Positions 12,001 through 24,297 of a DNA stretch of 63,156 bases are shown one piece after another. The notes under the pieces were generated by a model, which was not told the origin of the DNA, ran no database searches, and saw only the letters and a program-made list of their open reading frames with translations. The stretch lies in NCBI GenBank assembly GCA_000388065.2, contig KB932202.1; one strand, given 5' to 3'. Source of the DNA: Fonticula alba ATCC 38817 (lineage: Eukaryota; Protista; Nucleariida). Both the position numbers and the translations under genes were made by a program. How positions within the stretch are numbered: position 1 is the stretch's first letter; the number at the start of each line of letters is the position of its first letter.

Positions 12001-13644
12001 CTTCGCCGGTCGGTGTCCCAGCGGACAACCAGTAGCACCTCCACCACGGACTTGTCCGGGAATGCACGCCACCAGCGCATCAGCTCCGGCGGCAGTGGTC
12101 ATTTGACGGCTCGGTCATCGCCGCACCCCTCGGCCCCGTCCTCGCCGCAGCCGATCTTGCGCGCTTCGTCGGTCTCCTCCGCCGGTTCCAGTACCCTTCT
12201 CCACCGGGGGAGCAGCGCCAGTGGGGCCGGTGGCCGGGGCTCGTCGTCGTCCGGCACATCGGCCGCCCGTGGCGGTGGCACCGGCTCGGCCTCGGCCTCA
12301 TCCAGCTCCATCCACCAGGATGTCGGGTCCTTCGGTGGCCCCATGCGTATGTCCTCCTCTGGGTCGACCTCCTCCGCCGCTGGCCGGGGAGGAGGGAGCA
12401 GCGCCTCCCATTACCAGCCGCAGCATCATCTGCAATCTTGCTCGCGGGTGTCCAGCTCCGAGCACATTACCGTCTCCGGTGGCTCCTCTCACATCTCTCC
12501 CTCGCCCCCTGGCAGTGGCTCGCCGAACTTGACGCCCGACCATCAGGGTGTCGGGGGGGCCCGACTCCTGTCGGCTGGTGGCGGCAGCGGCGTCGGTGGC
12601 GGCAGCCAGTCGCTCTCACGCAGTGTCAGTGCCCACACCCCGACCAGCTCGCCGATGGCCGGCACCAAGCGCACCGCCAGCACCGGGGTCATCTTTGCCA
12701 ATGACCCCTCGGCCTTGTCGGCGGCCGTCGGCGGGGGGCAGCAGTCTCCCCGCCGAGCGGGGACGGCCATCGGTGCCTCGGTCTCGGCGAGCGCCCTGCA
12801 CCCTGGCGGCTCGGAGGCCGGTGGCAGCGGTGTCGAAGAGGACACCCTCGGATCGTCCAGGACCAGCTCCATGGCCACTGGCCCGTGCGGCGGCGGCGGC
12901 GGCGGAGCCATCCTGCCCTCGTACTCCAGCAACGATGTCAACATGGAGATGGGTGGCGGCCACAACAGCAGCACCGATGGTGGTGATGGTGGTGGGGACT
13001 CCTCCTCCTCCTCCTCCAGCGGTGTCAGCGATGACAGTGGCGACAGCGGCCCGGATGTTTCGTCGTCCTCTTCGTCGGACTCCGAGTCGGAGGATGCCCT
13101 GGTGGCCACGGCGCCGGCGTCCATCTCCGCCGGGGCGGGGGCCGGCTCGCACGGTGTCGATGCGGCTCTTGCCTCGTCGGCGGCGGCGGCGGCAGCCGGC
13201 GGTGGCCAGCATGGCGATGCGTCGGAGCCCTGCTCCCCGCGGTCGGGTCTGGCCCCGGTGGCTGTCGAGGACCAGGCTCCCGCTTCGCCGGTCGGCAGCG
13301 GCAAGCCACTGCCGGCCTGCTCGACCCCGGCGCCACTGATTTTGCCCTCCGGCGATCCGGTCAATTCCCCGCCGCCGGTGTCCTCCTCGGCCATGCCGGG
13401 GCTGGTGTATTCGATTTCGCGGTCATCGCGCCTGCGCGCGGCGGCGAATGCGGCGGCGGCGAATGCGGCTGCCTCGGCGGCTGGCAGTGGCCCCGTGTCT
13501 CCGGAGTTTGCCCCCTCCACCCCGCTGCCGACCATCGAGTCTGGCGTGGACAACATGCCGCTGGTTCCGGTGAGCCAGCGGCGAGGTGTCTCGCAGCATC
13601 GGACGTCGGCCGATGTGACCCCCCTGCCGGCGCGCCTGCCGTAG
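9008..13644 (+). CDS. Rho GTPase-activating protein with long Ser/Gly/Pro low-complexity arms
   Basis: RhoGAP domain at about 11260-11810 with an arginine finger (DGLFRINGS), DVASLIKSYF and MNASNLALVFAPCF. The long exon is open to TAG at 13644. The 5' model is tentative: ATG 9008, exons 9008-9300 and 9553-9585, then 9792 onward (phase-compatible GT-AG introns). A further in-frame intron may lie at 10572-10682. Confidence 0.85.
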
Positions 13645-15138
13645 TAGGGGGACCGGCGGGGACATGCTGAGCCACAAGTGCGTGCGTGCGTGCGTGCGTG
13701 TGCGCTCGCTCGCCAAGGCGGCGGCCGTGTATTATGACAGCGGCGGTGTGGCGGCGCGAGAGGAGAGAGAGCGACAAAGAGAGCCTCAGTTCGCGCTCCC
13801 TGCTTTCCGGCGTGCCCCCCNNNNNNNNNNNNNNNNNNNNNNNNNNNNNNNNNNNNNNNNNNNNNNNNNNNNNNNNNNNNNNNNNNNNNNNNNNNNNNNN
13901 NNNNNNNNNNNNNNNNNNNNNNNNNNNNNNNNNNNNNNNNNNNNNNNNNNNNNNNNNNNNNNNNNNNNNNNNNNNNNNNNNNNNNNNNNNNNNNNNNNNN
14001 NNNNNNNNNNNNNNNNNNNNNNNNNNNNNNNNNNNNNNNNNNNNNNNNNNNNNNNNNNNNNNNNNNNNNNNNNNNNNNNNNNNNNNNNNNNNNNNNNNNN
14101 NNNNNNNNNNNNNNNNNNNNNNNNNNNNNNNNNNNNNNNNNNNNNNNNNNNNNNNNNNNNNNNNNNNNNNNNNNNNNNNNNNNNNNNNNNNNNNNNNNNN
14201 NNNNNNNNNNNNNNNNNNNNNNNNNNNNNNNNNNNNNNNNNNNNNNNNNNNNNNNNNNNNNNNNNNNNNNNNNNNNNNNNNNNNNNNNNNNNNNNNNNNN
14301 NNNNNNNNNNNNNNNNNNNNNNNNNNNNNNNNNNNNNNNCCTTCGGTGTCACCACCCCGCACTCCGACTTCCTGGGGGGGGGGGGGGGGGGAGAAGAATG
14401 ATGGGCGTGCCCTCTGTTTCGGGCCGTGGAGGGGGAAGGGGGGACACGGTGCCAGAAAAATGTGCAACATCAATAAATATAATTTAAACAAAGATATATG
14501 TGCAGATGTGTGGCCCGGTCGCTGTTTTCCCCCGCCCATCGCCTCTGGCCTCGCCAGCGTCCTGCTTGAGATTGCCCAAGTGCATGGTGAAGGTGGTGAC
14601 GGTCGCGGTTACCGGGATGTCGGTGATGCTTTCCGCACATGCCGCGGTTCGGATGCGTCTCTCCTTTTCCCGTGCGCCATTTGCGGATTGATCTGTCGCC
14701 CCCCCCCCCCCCCCCGGGCTTCTTCCCGGTCGAGCCCGCGCGGGGAGCTTTTTGATTCTTCGGGTCCGGCCGGACTGGATCGAGGCAGATCCATGCACGC
14801 GACCCATAAGTCACATGCGCAGGAGAAGAGCATTCCGCGCGGTGTGCAAAGCTACAGGCACCGCGGACCCGTGGTCCAGCCGCCCGTTTTTCGGCGTGCT
14901 CGCGAGTAGGCTCTCCCCTGGCACATGGCGACAGCGCGAGGTCCCTGCGCGGGCTTGCTGCCTGGGGTGACATTCCCTCCCCCCTGCCTCCCCCGCGCGT
15001 CTCCCCGCAGAGGAGCCGGGTTTTTCGTGTGTCGTGTGCAGTTTGTACACAGGTCCCCACAAACCTCCACGCGAGTTGCCGGGGTTCTCTCTCTCTCCCT
15101 CCCTCTCTCTCTTTCCGAGGTCCCGTCGAACTGTGCGT

Positions 15139-15151
15139 GTCTATGTGTGTG

Positions 15152-15200
<49 letters not shown>
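15139..15200 (+). repeat. (GT)n microsatellite
   Basis: Read directly from the sequence. Confidence 0.9.
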
Positions 15201-15202
<2 letters not shown>

Positions 15203-15526
15203 TGGCAGAGGGGTGGGGCCCCCTCCGACCCTACCCAGGGGGAGGGGCAGGGGTGGGTGGGAAATATTTAAGCTCCGGCTGTTGGCCGCCATGTGCCCCG
15301 CCTGCCCGGCCTAGTCGTGTTTTTTTTCCTTGATTACAACATGTTCGTCTCTCTGCTCGTCGCCGTTTCCTTATCTCTCGCGTACACGCCGCGCCACCCC
15401 CCCCCGGTTCTTACCCCCTCCCTCTTGCCTTCTCCCTCCCTCCCTCCCTCGCCCCCTCCCTCGCCCCCTCCCTCGCCCCCCCCCCCCGCCCCCCCAGTGA
15501 GGATCCAACAGACCAACTTTGTCAAA

Positions 15527-16133
15527 ATGTCCGAGGTGTACGTTCCCCCTCCCCCCAATGTATCTCCGTCCTTTTCGGATTTACCGTGCATCCGATGTCC
15601 GGTGCTCTGGTTTCCTCTCGCCGTCCCCCCCGCCCTGGAAGGCAGCCGCCGACTCACACTCACCCTCTTCCTCCCTCCCTCCCGCGCCCCCCCCCACGCG
15701 GACCCGCAGAGATGTTGTCAATGTCCAGCAGGAGACCGTCGAGGTCGTTGAGGAGGTCCAGGTTCCCCTCACCATCGAGGACTCCCTCCACCAGGTCCTG
15801 AAGACCGCCATGATCCACGGCGATCTGGCCCGCGGTCTCCGTGAGACCACCCGCGCCCTGTCTCGCGGTAACGCCCACTTCTGCGTCCTGGCCGAGGATT
15901 GTGACGAGAAGAACTACGTCGCCCTCATCGAGGCTCTGTGCGCCGAGAACAAGATCCACCTGATCAAGGTCCCCGAGCAGAAGCGCCTCGGCGAGATGGT
16001 CGGCCTGTGCAAGATCGACCGCGAGGGCAACCCCCGCAAGGTCGTCCGCTGCTCTTCCGCCGTCGTCGTCTCCTTCGGTGTCACCACCCCGCACTCCGAC
16101 TTCCTCATGGCCTCTTTCGCCTCCTCCGAGTAA
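15527..16133 (+). CDS. RPS12: 40S ribosomal protein S12 (eS12)
   Basis: Exons 15527-15537 and 15710-16133 with intron GTACGT..CAG. The protein reads MSEVDVV..SLHQVLKTAMIHGDLARGLRE..LAEDCDEKNYVALIEALC..LGEMVGLCKIDREGNPRKVVRCS, the classic eS12 signature. Confidence 0.97.
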
Positions 16134-17401
16134 GTTCCTCCACTTGAGCGTTGTGGCCGGTCCCGCTCTCTCTCTCTCTCTCTCCCCCCCTGAAAGGCAA
16201 AGCCCGAGGAGGGAGGGCCGTGTGATGTGGTGTGTGTGTGGGGGTGCGCTGTCTCCTCGTGTGACGCCGCCCCTTGCCTCCACGCACGCGGCATTCCCCT
16301 TTCCTCCTCGGGGAGGAGAGTGGCGGCCGGCTTTTCACGACCTGCGCTTTCTAAGTGTGTGTGTGTGCGCGAGCGAGGGATGGTACTTGTGTATGTGGTT
16401 CCCCTCCAAGGGTGGAGGAAGCATAGTCATTGGGGGCGAGGCAAGATTGTGTGCCTTGTGCATGCCACACTCTCCCTCTCGCTATCTTCCCCCCCCTCGA
16501 GCCGAAGTGTTCCTTTCCGTGTCCTTCCCAATGCACTTGTCTTTTCCTGCTCCTCCAACATTTTCTTTTTCTCTTTCCTGCAGAGAGGGGGGGCCGGCCG
16601 CGCGGGGTGTGTATACGTGTGTGTGCGTGGCGGGCCGTGGCCCAGGGGCGCCTCTACTTGTGAGAGTTGCCTTCCCCCCCTTTCCCTGTCGGGTAGTGTC
16701 CTTGGAGAGGAGGGGGGGCGGCGGCGAGGAAATGCGGCACCCAGGGAAGAGTGTTCGCGGCCTCCGCAGGCACTTGGCCTGGACGGCTCCCAACGGAGCG
16801 GATATCACGCGATGGTCTAAATCCGAGAGATACGTGTACGCTGATCGACCCGGCCTCGGGTAATCTTCGTCTCGTAAAAGAAGAGGGAAATCCCGCCCGC
16901 TTGGGGCGCGCTGTTCTCTGCGGTCGAATATTGCCCCCCGCTCCGGCACCCGACAGACCACTCCCGCCCCCTTCCCAGAGGCTTGTCTTCAGTCACGTCA
17001 TTCCCCCGCGCTGTAGAGGCATGGTTCCTCCTCCGCCTCCGCCACTCCCCAGCCCCCCTGCTGGCCCTGAGGTCCACGCGAGTGAAGGGGAAGGCAGCAA
17101 CGACGACAAAGCAAAAGCAGCCCAGTGGTGCGATCTGCGTGTTTCTCACACCCAGCGCGCGGTGCGTGTATCCTCTCTCCCCTGGCCAGCAGGGGCAAAT
17201 AAAAACGAAGCAGGGGACAGGTGTGTGCGCGTGGTGGTACCGCGGATGGGGGGGGGGGGGTGGCAGGTGATGGACACCGTACAGGGGGGGGGGGCGTGCA
17301 TCTCCCATGCGCACAGGACACACACGCACACACAGAGGGAGGAATGGAAGTCTGAGAAAGAGGGGGGGGGGGGGAGGGACTCAGCCGGAAGGCGTGTGTA
17401 G

Positions 17402-19111
17402 TTAGCCGCGGAACTCGGCGCACTCCACAATGAAGGCCATGTTCAGCTTGGCGAACTCCAGCGCATAGTCCGGGTTGAAGAGGTCCATGTCATCCCCGTC
17501 GGTGTGCATCTTGGGGTTGACCCAGTCGTCCTTGGGGCCGGCCTCGGCGGTGGCCACGGCCCCGATGCCGTACTGGGTCCAGGAGGCGTGGTCCGAGCAG
17601 GCATAGCCGCAGGTGGTGCGGCGAGTGGGCAGGTCCACATACTCAAGGGCAAGCTCCTCCATCAGGCTGACAAGGCCCTGGTGGACATTGTCATTGACCA
17701 GGTTGATGTGCGGGGTGATGCCGGGCTTGACATAGCCGGACATCTCGTTCTGGGCCACGGCGTAGACCGGGGTGCCCTTGGCGAAGTAGGTCTGAGCGAC
17801 GGAGGCGCTGCCGCGGAGGCCCACCTCCTCGGCGGCGTAGGCATGGAACTCGATGGTGCGGCTGGGGCGGTAGTTGCTGTTGGCCAGGACGCGCATGATC
17901 TCCACGCAGCCGGCCACGCCGGAGCCATCATCATCCACACCGGGGGCGCGGCCATTCAGCGGCTGCTTGGTGTTGATGGAGTCCGAGTGGGCACTGCAAA
18001 CGACAATCTGGTTGCGAATGGTCGAGTTGGGGGAGTTGCCGCGCATGGTGCAGATGACCGACGGCTGGGGGAAGTCGACGTGGTGGTGGAAGCGGCAGGA
18101 GATGTCGTTGCGACCGGCCTGGCGCGCGATCGAGGTGACATGGTCCAGCAGCCACTCGTGCGACTCCACACCGGTGGGGCTCATGTAGTACTGTGTGTGT
18201 GTGTGTGTGTGTGTAGGAGGGGCGGGGGATGTTGGAGGAGGAGATGCACACAGAGAGGGAGAGAGAGAGAGGGGAAGTCGACTGGTGAGTCCGGAATAGC
18301 CGGGGGGGGGGGAGGGGATCGCGGGGTGTCTCATGTGCGTGTATGGGAGGTGAAGGGCGGGGGGAGGGGAGAGGCAAACGCACGCGATTGTGGAAAGTGG
18401 AGAAGGTGCCCAGGAAGGAGGTCATCTTGTCCTTGTCCAGCTCCTGGATCAGCGGCCAGACAATGTGCTGCTGAGTGGCGTTGTTGGGGTAGGTGTAGGT
18501 GCTGAGGTNNNNNNNNNNNNNNNNNNNNNNNNNNNNNNNNNNNNNNNNNNNNNNNNNNNNNNNNNNNNNNNNNNNNNNNNNNNNNNNNNNNNNNNNNNNN
18601 NNNNNNNNNNNNNNNNNNNNNNNNNNNNNNNNNNNNNNNNNNNNNNNNNNNNNNNNNNNNNNNNNNNNNNNNNNNNNNNNNNNNNNNNNNNNNNNNNNNN
18701 NNNNNNNNNNNNNNNNNNNNNNNNNNNNNNNNNGGGGGGGGGGGACATACTTCGTGGCATCCAGGGAGAGCTCGGCCGGGTCGTACTCGAGGCCGGTCAG
18801 ATCGACAAAGCCGGGGCCCATCATGACTGAGGGGTTCTCGTGGCGCTCGTGGACCATGCGCAGGATCTCCCGGGGGGAGACCAGGCGGCGGTCGGTCTCG
18901 GGGTTCGGGCCAACCTGGATGAGACGAAGACCTGCAGAGGGCGATGTGGGTGAGTAAATGCGCGGGCGACAGCGGGGCGCGCGCGGGCGGAGGAGGGAAT
19001 CCGGTGGACAGGGAGCATACCAGAGGGGTCGGTCGGGAGGAAAGAGGCCTGGGCAGACGCGATGAGCGCGAAGAGCGCCATCAGGCCCCAGCAGGCAAGG
19101 GAGAGGGCCAT
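17402..19111 (-). CDS. Secreted M28 zinc leucine aminopeptidase (LAP1/Ap1-like)
   Basis: Signal peptide MALSLACWGLMALFALIASAQA. Exons are 19111-19021, 18931-18751, (acceptor in gap) ~18508-18384 and 18190-17402. Motifs include FSTFHNRYY, AHSDS, APGVDDDGSG, FHAYAAEEVGLRGS, GYACSDHASW and NPKMHT. Confidence 0.93.
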
Positions 19112-20904
19112 AGTGGAGGGGGAGGGGAGGAGTGTGCGAACAGGAAAAGGGGTGTGTGGGTAGCTCGCTGTCCGATTGCCTGGACGGCCGAACCGGCACT
19201 GGGGGCTTTTCATCCACCCCGGGGTAGGGGGATGGCGCGCACCCGGGCCGAAGGGGGTCCCAGGACGGCCGTGTGTGTGTGTGCGTGTGTGTGTCGTCAG
19301 GACCTCCGCGTCTTCAGGGAGAGGGAGGACGTCTTGGGGAAAAGGCGTAGCATCCAGGGCTGGGCGAGGGAGGAAAGTCCAGGGATGGATAACGAACAAC
19401 AGATGCCTGAGTCATACCATACACAGAAGACACACACCCACCCATCCGCATATGTGTCGCCCCGGTCTCGGAGGCAACACCCCGCCGGGGTACCCATGCC
19501 CGGGGGGGGATTTTATTCCGGGGACCGTGACTGGGCACTTTCGCCCAGGCACAGCGCACCGGCGGGGGGGGGGTGGGGGGGGGGGGGGGAGCTGGGGCGG
19601 GCAGGTCATCCCCCGCGAAAGTGGCGGCCGGCGGGCGAGAAACTCACCGACACGGTGTAAGCCGGGCCGCAGATGTGTCAGCAAGGAATTTGTATGCGCT
19701 CGGAGGGCCGCCAAGTCTGACCAACAGACAAGGGCGAGGCCTGGCTGGACCCCTGCGGAAGAGACGTGCCGTGGTCGGGAGCGAGGGGGGCCATGAGAAA
19801 ACAACAACAAAAACAATGCACAGCCCAAGCGTCGGCGCCTGGGCAACACGGTCAGATGACGACCTCGCGCACATACGCGCCTCTATGCCGCGTGGAGGGC
19901 TCCTGCCGGGCCCCAGGCCCGCAGGTCAGTCGCCCCCGCCGCCCGCACGGTTCGGGGGTGGCTGTTCGTGAAGTCCCGTCGTACGCGCCTCCTACCAAGA
20001 AGCCCTGCCTGGTCGCCGGAAGCCCGGCCTCGCTGCCCGAGCTCGTTGTCCGCCCGGGTCCCAACGGGCCCGGGCCGCCGGCATCCGTCGGCATATAAGA
20101 ATCACGCGAAGATCACCCGGAAGATGAAATACCATTTCAGAGGACCCGAGATCCGCTGGCCACCGTGGCCCGGCAGGTCCCAATCCCCCGACCGCTGCCA
20201 CACGCGCACACGCACATACGCACGCACCACCGCCGGCTGGCCGGCCGGGGACGACACCGCTTGTATGACGCGCCCGCCCCCGGCCCCGAGAGAAGGGAGT
20301 CGGGGTGTGGGGCTCTGGAGCGAAGGTTTTCTCCATCCACGAGGCCCGTGTGGCCATCTGAGGCCCCGCGTGCCCCCCCCCCCCNNNNNNNNNNNNNNNN
20401 NNNNNNNNNNNNNNNNNNNNNNNNNNNNNNNNNNNNNNNNNNNNNNNNNNNNNNNNNNNNNNNNNNNNNNNNNNNNNNNNNNNNNNNNNNNNNNNNNNNN
20501 NNNNNNNNNNNNNNNNNNNNNNNNNTACCCACAATGCTTGCCTGGCGCCCCCCCCCCGGCCCCGGCGAAGGGGGGGGGGGGGTGGGGGTGTGGGGTGGAG
20601 GGTTTTTCCCCCCCCCCGGCCCCTGGGGGGCCCCTGGGGCCCCCGCTCCCCCCCCCCCCCCCCCAGACAAAGGCCAGCGGACTCAACATCCCGCCCTCCC
20701 CGCCGGGCTGGATCCCATATTGAACCAAGGCGCCCAGCGACCCCTCCTCCACTCTCCATCTTTTCTTTCTTCCCCATCCTCTCGTCCCCGCCTGCCTCTT
20801 CCCCCTCCCCCACCCCTCATCCCCATCCTCCCCCTCTTCACAGGCACATCTGCACGCGCACGCTCGCTCGCTCGTTCGCTCGCACGCACGCACACCTACA
20901 CACA

Positions 20905-21648
20905 ATGAAGGAGCGCGTCAGGAAGTCCAAGGCCCAGCCCGCGCGCCACGACCCGCTGCATCTGCAGATTGCTTCGGATATCCAGGTGACCGACCATCTC
21001 AGCCAGACCGGGCGCGGTGCCTCGCGGCGTGAGCGTGTCCGCGGCGCCGGCGCCAAGCCCGAGCTCGGCATTGATGATGAGAATGAGGCCCCGCTGGATG
21101 CCCGGATGTCGCAGAAGATCCGGATGATCGCGCGCGAGCAGCTGCGCGAGCTGCGCGACGACCAGGACCAGGCTGCTGACGCGGCGTCCGACGCGGCCGC
21201 CGTCGCCGCGGCCGCGGCCGCCGACGCCATGGCCACCGAGGACTTCGAGGAGGCCGAGGAAGTCGATGAGGATGATGAGGCTAGCTACCGTGATGCCGTC
21301 CGCCTCGCCGAGTCCCAGGTGCGTCATAGCACATTTACAATGCATTTCCCGCCCCCCCCCCTCCCCTCCCCTCCCCTCTCCTCTCCTCCGCGTCTCGCCT
21401 TGCTGCCCCTCTCACCGTCCCCCTGCTGGCAGATCTCCGAGTCGGAGCGCAACCTCCTGGAGCAGTTCATGCCCAGCTTCGGTGCCCGGCGCGCCGCCCC
21501 GCGCACCATCGCCGACTTGATCATGGAGAAGCTCGAGTCCAAGAAGAGCCGCATCAACAAGCTCCAGTCGACCGACGATGAGACCCCTCTTTCTCACCTG
21601 GACGACAAGGTCGTCGAGGTTTATTCCAGGTGTGTTTCTCCCCGTTCC

Positions 21649-21692
<44 letters not shown>

Positions 21693-22750
21693 TTATCCCG
21701 ATCTTGGGTCTCCGGTCGTTGTCTCACGCAGCATGTGCCGACATGTGTCCCCTGTCCTCCCCCTGATGTCCCTCAGTGTGGGGAATATCCTCTCCCGCTA
21801 CCGGTCCGGCAAGGTTCCCAAGGCCTTCAAGATCATTCCCACCCTGACCAACTGGGAGGAGGTCCTGTACCTGACTCGCCCGGATGACTGGACCCCGAAT
21901 GCCCTGTTCCAGGCGACCCGGCTCTTCGCATCGAGCTTCAACCCCAAGATGGCCCAGCGCTTCTTCAATGTGGTCCTCCTGCCGCGCGTTCGCTATGAGT
22001 TTACCGTCTCCAAGAAGATCAACTTCCACATTTACATGTCCCTCCGGAAAGCCCTCTACAAGCCGGCTGCCTTCTTCAAGGGCATTCTCATCCCCCTGTG
22101 TGAGGTGTGTCCTGTTGCGGCCCAGTACCCGGCCCCACGCTCCCCCGCGCTCCCTTACGCCCCGGCCGCCATATCCGCACTTGCTGTCCCGGCCCTCGCC
22201 CCTCCTTCCTTGTCGCTCACTCCCTCCCTTTCTCCTTCTCTCTCTCTCTCTCCCCCTCTCCCCCTCTCCCCCCCCCCTCCACCGCCAGTCCAACGACTGC
22301 ACCCTCCGTGAGGCGGCGGTCATTGGCTCGGTCCTGGCCAAGTCCTCCGTGCCGAGTCTCCACTCCGCGGTGGCCATCCTGCGCATCGCCGACATGGAGT
22401 ACAGCGGCGTCAACAGCCTGCTGCTGCGCGTTCTCCTGGACAAGAAGTATGCCCTGCCGTACCGGGTGATCGACTCGCTGGTGCTGCACTTCATTCGCTT
22501 CACGCATGACGATCGCCAGCTGCCGGTGCTTTGGCACCAGTCGCTGTTGGTCTTCATTCAGCGCTACAAGGGCGACATGACCACCGAGCAGCGCGATCTG
22601 ATCATGGCTCTCCTGCGCAAGCACTCGCACCCGGGCATTGGGCCAGAGATCCGCCGTGAGATTCTGGAGAGTCGTTCGCGCGAGGAGCGTGAGGCCGCCT
22701 CCAACGAGGTCTCGGCCGCCGGTTTCGAGGACATGTTCGCCGACCTGTAG
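20905..22750 (+). CDS. BYSL: Bystin / Enp1, a 40S ribosome biogenesis factor
   Basis: Exons 20905-21318, 21433-21629, 21777-22104 and 22289-22750. Motifs include [80 protein letters not shown] and [17 protein letters not shown]. Confidence 0.96.
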
Positions 22751-23235
22751 ACTGTGCGAATGCGCTTGCGTGTGTGTGTGTGTGTGTGTGTAAACACAGC
22801 TGCTCGTGCGTGCGTGCGTGCGTGCGTGCGCACCCCCCTGCTCGCACACATGCCCCCCTCAGCACACATCTCCGAGCAGCTCCTGCGCTCGGAAGATGCC
22901 GCACATTCTGGCGGCATGTGCGCGAGGGGTGGGCCCAGCCTTTCTCACACTCTTGTAACATATAATATTTATACACATACATTGTTATTGCTCTTTTTCT
23001 CTTGCGCCCCACGAGAACCGAAGAATGCAGGGGGGGGGAGTGGAGCAATTCCCACATGGCTGGATGTCAGCATAAAGGGGGGAATTCCGATTGGGCCCGC
23101 ACGTGTAATCGCCGGACCACCGAAAGAGCGGCAAAAGGTCTATGTATGTATTTGAGGGGACGAAGGGTGAGGGCGATGTGGTTTCGCGGCGCTCAGAAAG
23201 GAGAAGGGAAAGGAAGGGGGGATAGACAACCCCTC

Positions 23236-24297
23236 TCACCGAAGCATGGGAAGGCGCGGCAGGCGCCGGGCAATGGTCGATCCGATCCACACGGGCACCA
23301 CCACCAGCAGAATGACGGCCAGCGAGGCGCCAGCCACGTTGGCATACGGATGCCGCGGGGCCCGACACAGGGGGTCGGTCATGGCCAGCAGGACCACCCG
23401 CAGCCAGGGCTCCAAAGCGGGCCGGTCCAGGCGCAGGTATTCGCCCAGGAGGCGCCGGGGCCCCGGTGCACAGGCCAAGCCGTCCGCCAGCGGGCGGCCA
23501 CCGAGGGTCAAATCGATGGGCAGCCATTCGGACAGGCGGGTGGATCGGCCGATGCGGGCCGCCAGGCGGGAGCAGTCGTCGCCGACCGGCGAGCAGCCAA
23601 GCCGCGCGTCGCGAGCCATCTTCATGGCCGGGCTGTCGGCACAGTAGATGGAGGTGGCTCCGCTCGGGGAGGCGCACATGTCCGTCAGGGCGGCCCAATG
23701 TCCGAAGGCATGCCAAACGAAGCCTCGCAGGACGTCTCGCGGGATGGCCGGCAGGCGTCGGGCCGCGTCGCGCAAAACCGGCGCCCAGATGGCCGCCGTG
23801 CCGCCACTGCTGCCGGCACCGGCGGCGCCCGCGAAGGCCGGGCGTTGGCCAAGCTCAACGGCCGCCTCTTGCACCGGGGCCAGCCAAGCGCCGGCCGGGA
23901 TCGGGGCCGCCAGCGCCGCCAACAGGCGGAAGGGATTCGCCGTGGCCCTGGGCCAGCAGGGAGTGCATGTCTGGGTCGGGGAGCAGTCGGTCCAAAAGCC
24001 GGGGCTGGTTTCGGGGCTTGAGGAGTTGGAGGGTGTCAAGAAAGGTAGATCCAGCCCCGGGCAGGCCCAGTACGTGAAGCCCATGCCGCGGACCGAGTAG
24101 TCCGCCAGATTCCCGGCAAACAGGTCATCTGTCCAGGAGAGCAGGTCCTCCACCTGCTCTTGGGAGAGGACATCGTGGGCACTTGTCGGAGTGGCCAGCG
24201 GGGTTACTAGCCGAGGGGGCTGGGGCTGCGAGGCCGCGAGACCGAATGCCAGCAGTAGGAGCAAAAGCCCCGGGAGGAGGGCAAGCGGGGCCCTCAT
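23236..24297 (-). CDS. Hypothetical Cys-rich type-I membrane protein
   Basis: The ORF from ATG 24297 has a signal peptide (MRAPLALLPGLLLLLLAFGLAA), a Cys-containing ectodomain, a hydrophobic helix (VAGASLAVILLVVVPVWIGSTIA) and a basic stop-transfer (RRLPR). A GTGAGA donor at 23239 may extend the tail by a short extra exon. I recognise no family. Confidence 0.7.
   Translation of the reverse strand: MRAPLALLPGLLLLLLAFGLAASQPQPPRLVTPLATPTSAHDVLSQEQVEDLLSWTDDLFAGNLADYSVRGMGFTYWACPGLDLPFLTPSNSSSPETSPGFWTDCSPTQTCTPCWPRATANPFRLLAALAAPIPAGAWLAPVQEAAVELGQRPAFAGAAGAGSSGGTAAIWAPVLRDAARRLPAIPRDVLRGFVWHAFGHWAALTDMCASPSGATSIYCADSPAMKMARDARLGCSPVGDDCSRLAARIGRSTRLSEWLPIDLTLGGRPLADGLACAPGPRRLLGEYLRLDRPALEPWLRVVLLAMTDPLCRAPRHPYANVAGASLAVILLVVVPVWIGSTIARRLPRLPMLR

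Noticed and set aside
15410-15495. 5'TOP-like pyrimidine tract before RPS12
   Set aside because: C-rich leaders precede most genes here and the TSS is unknown, so the tract is not specific.
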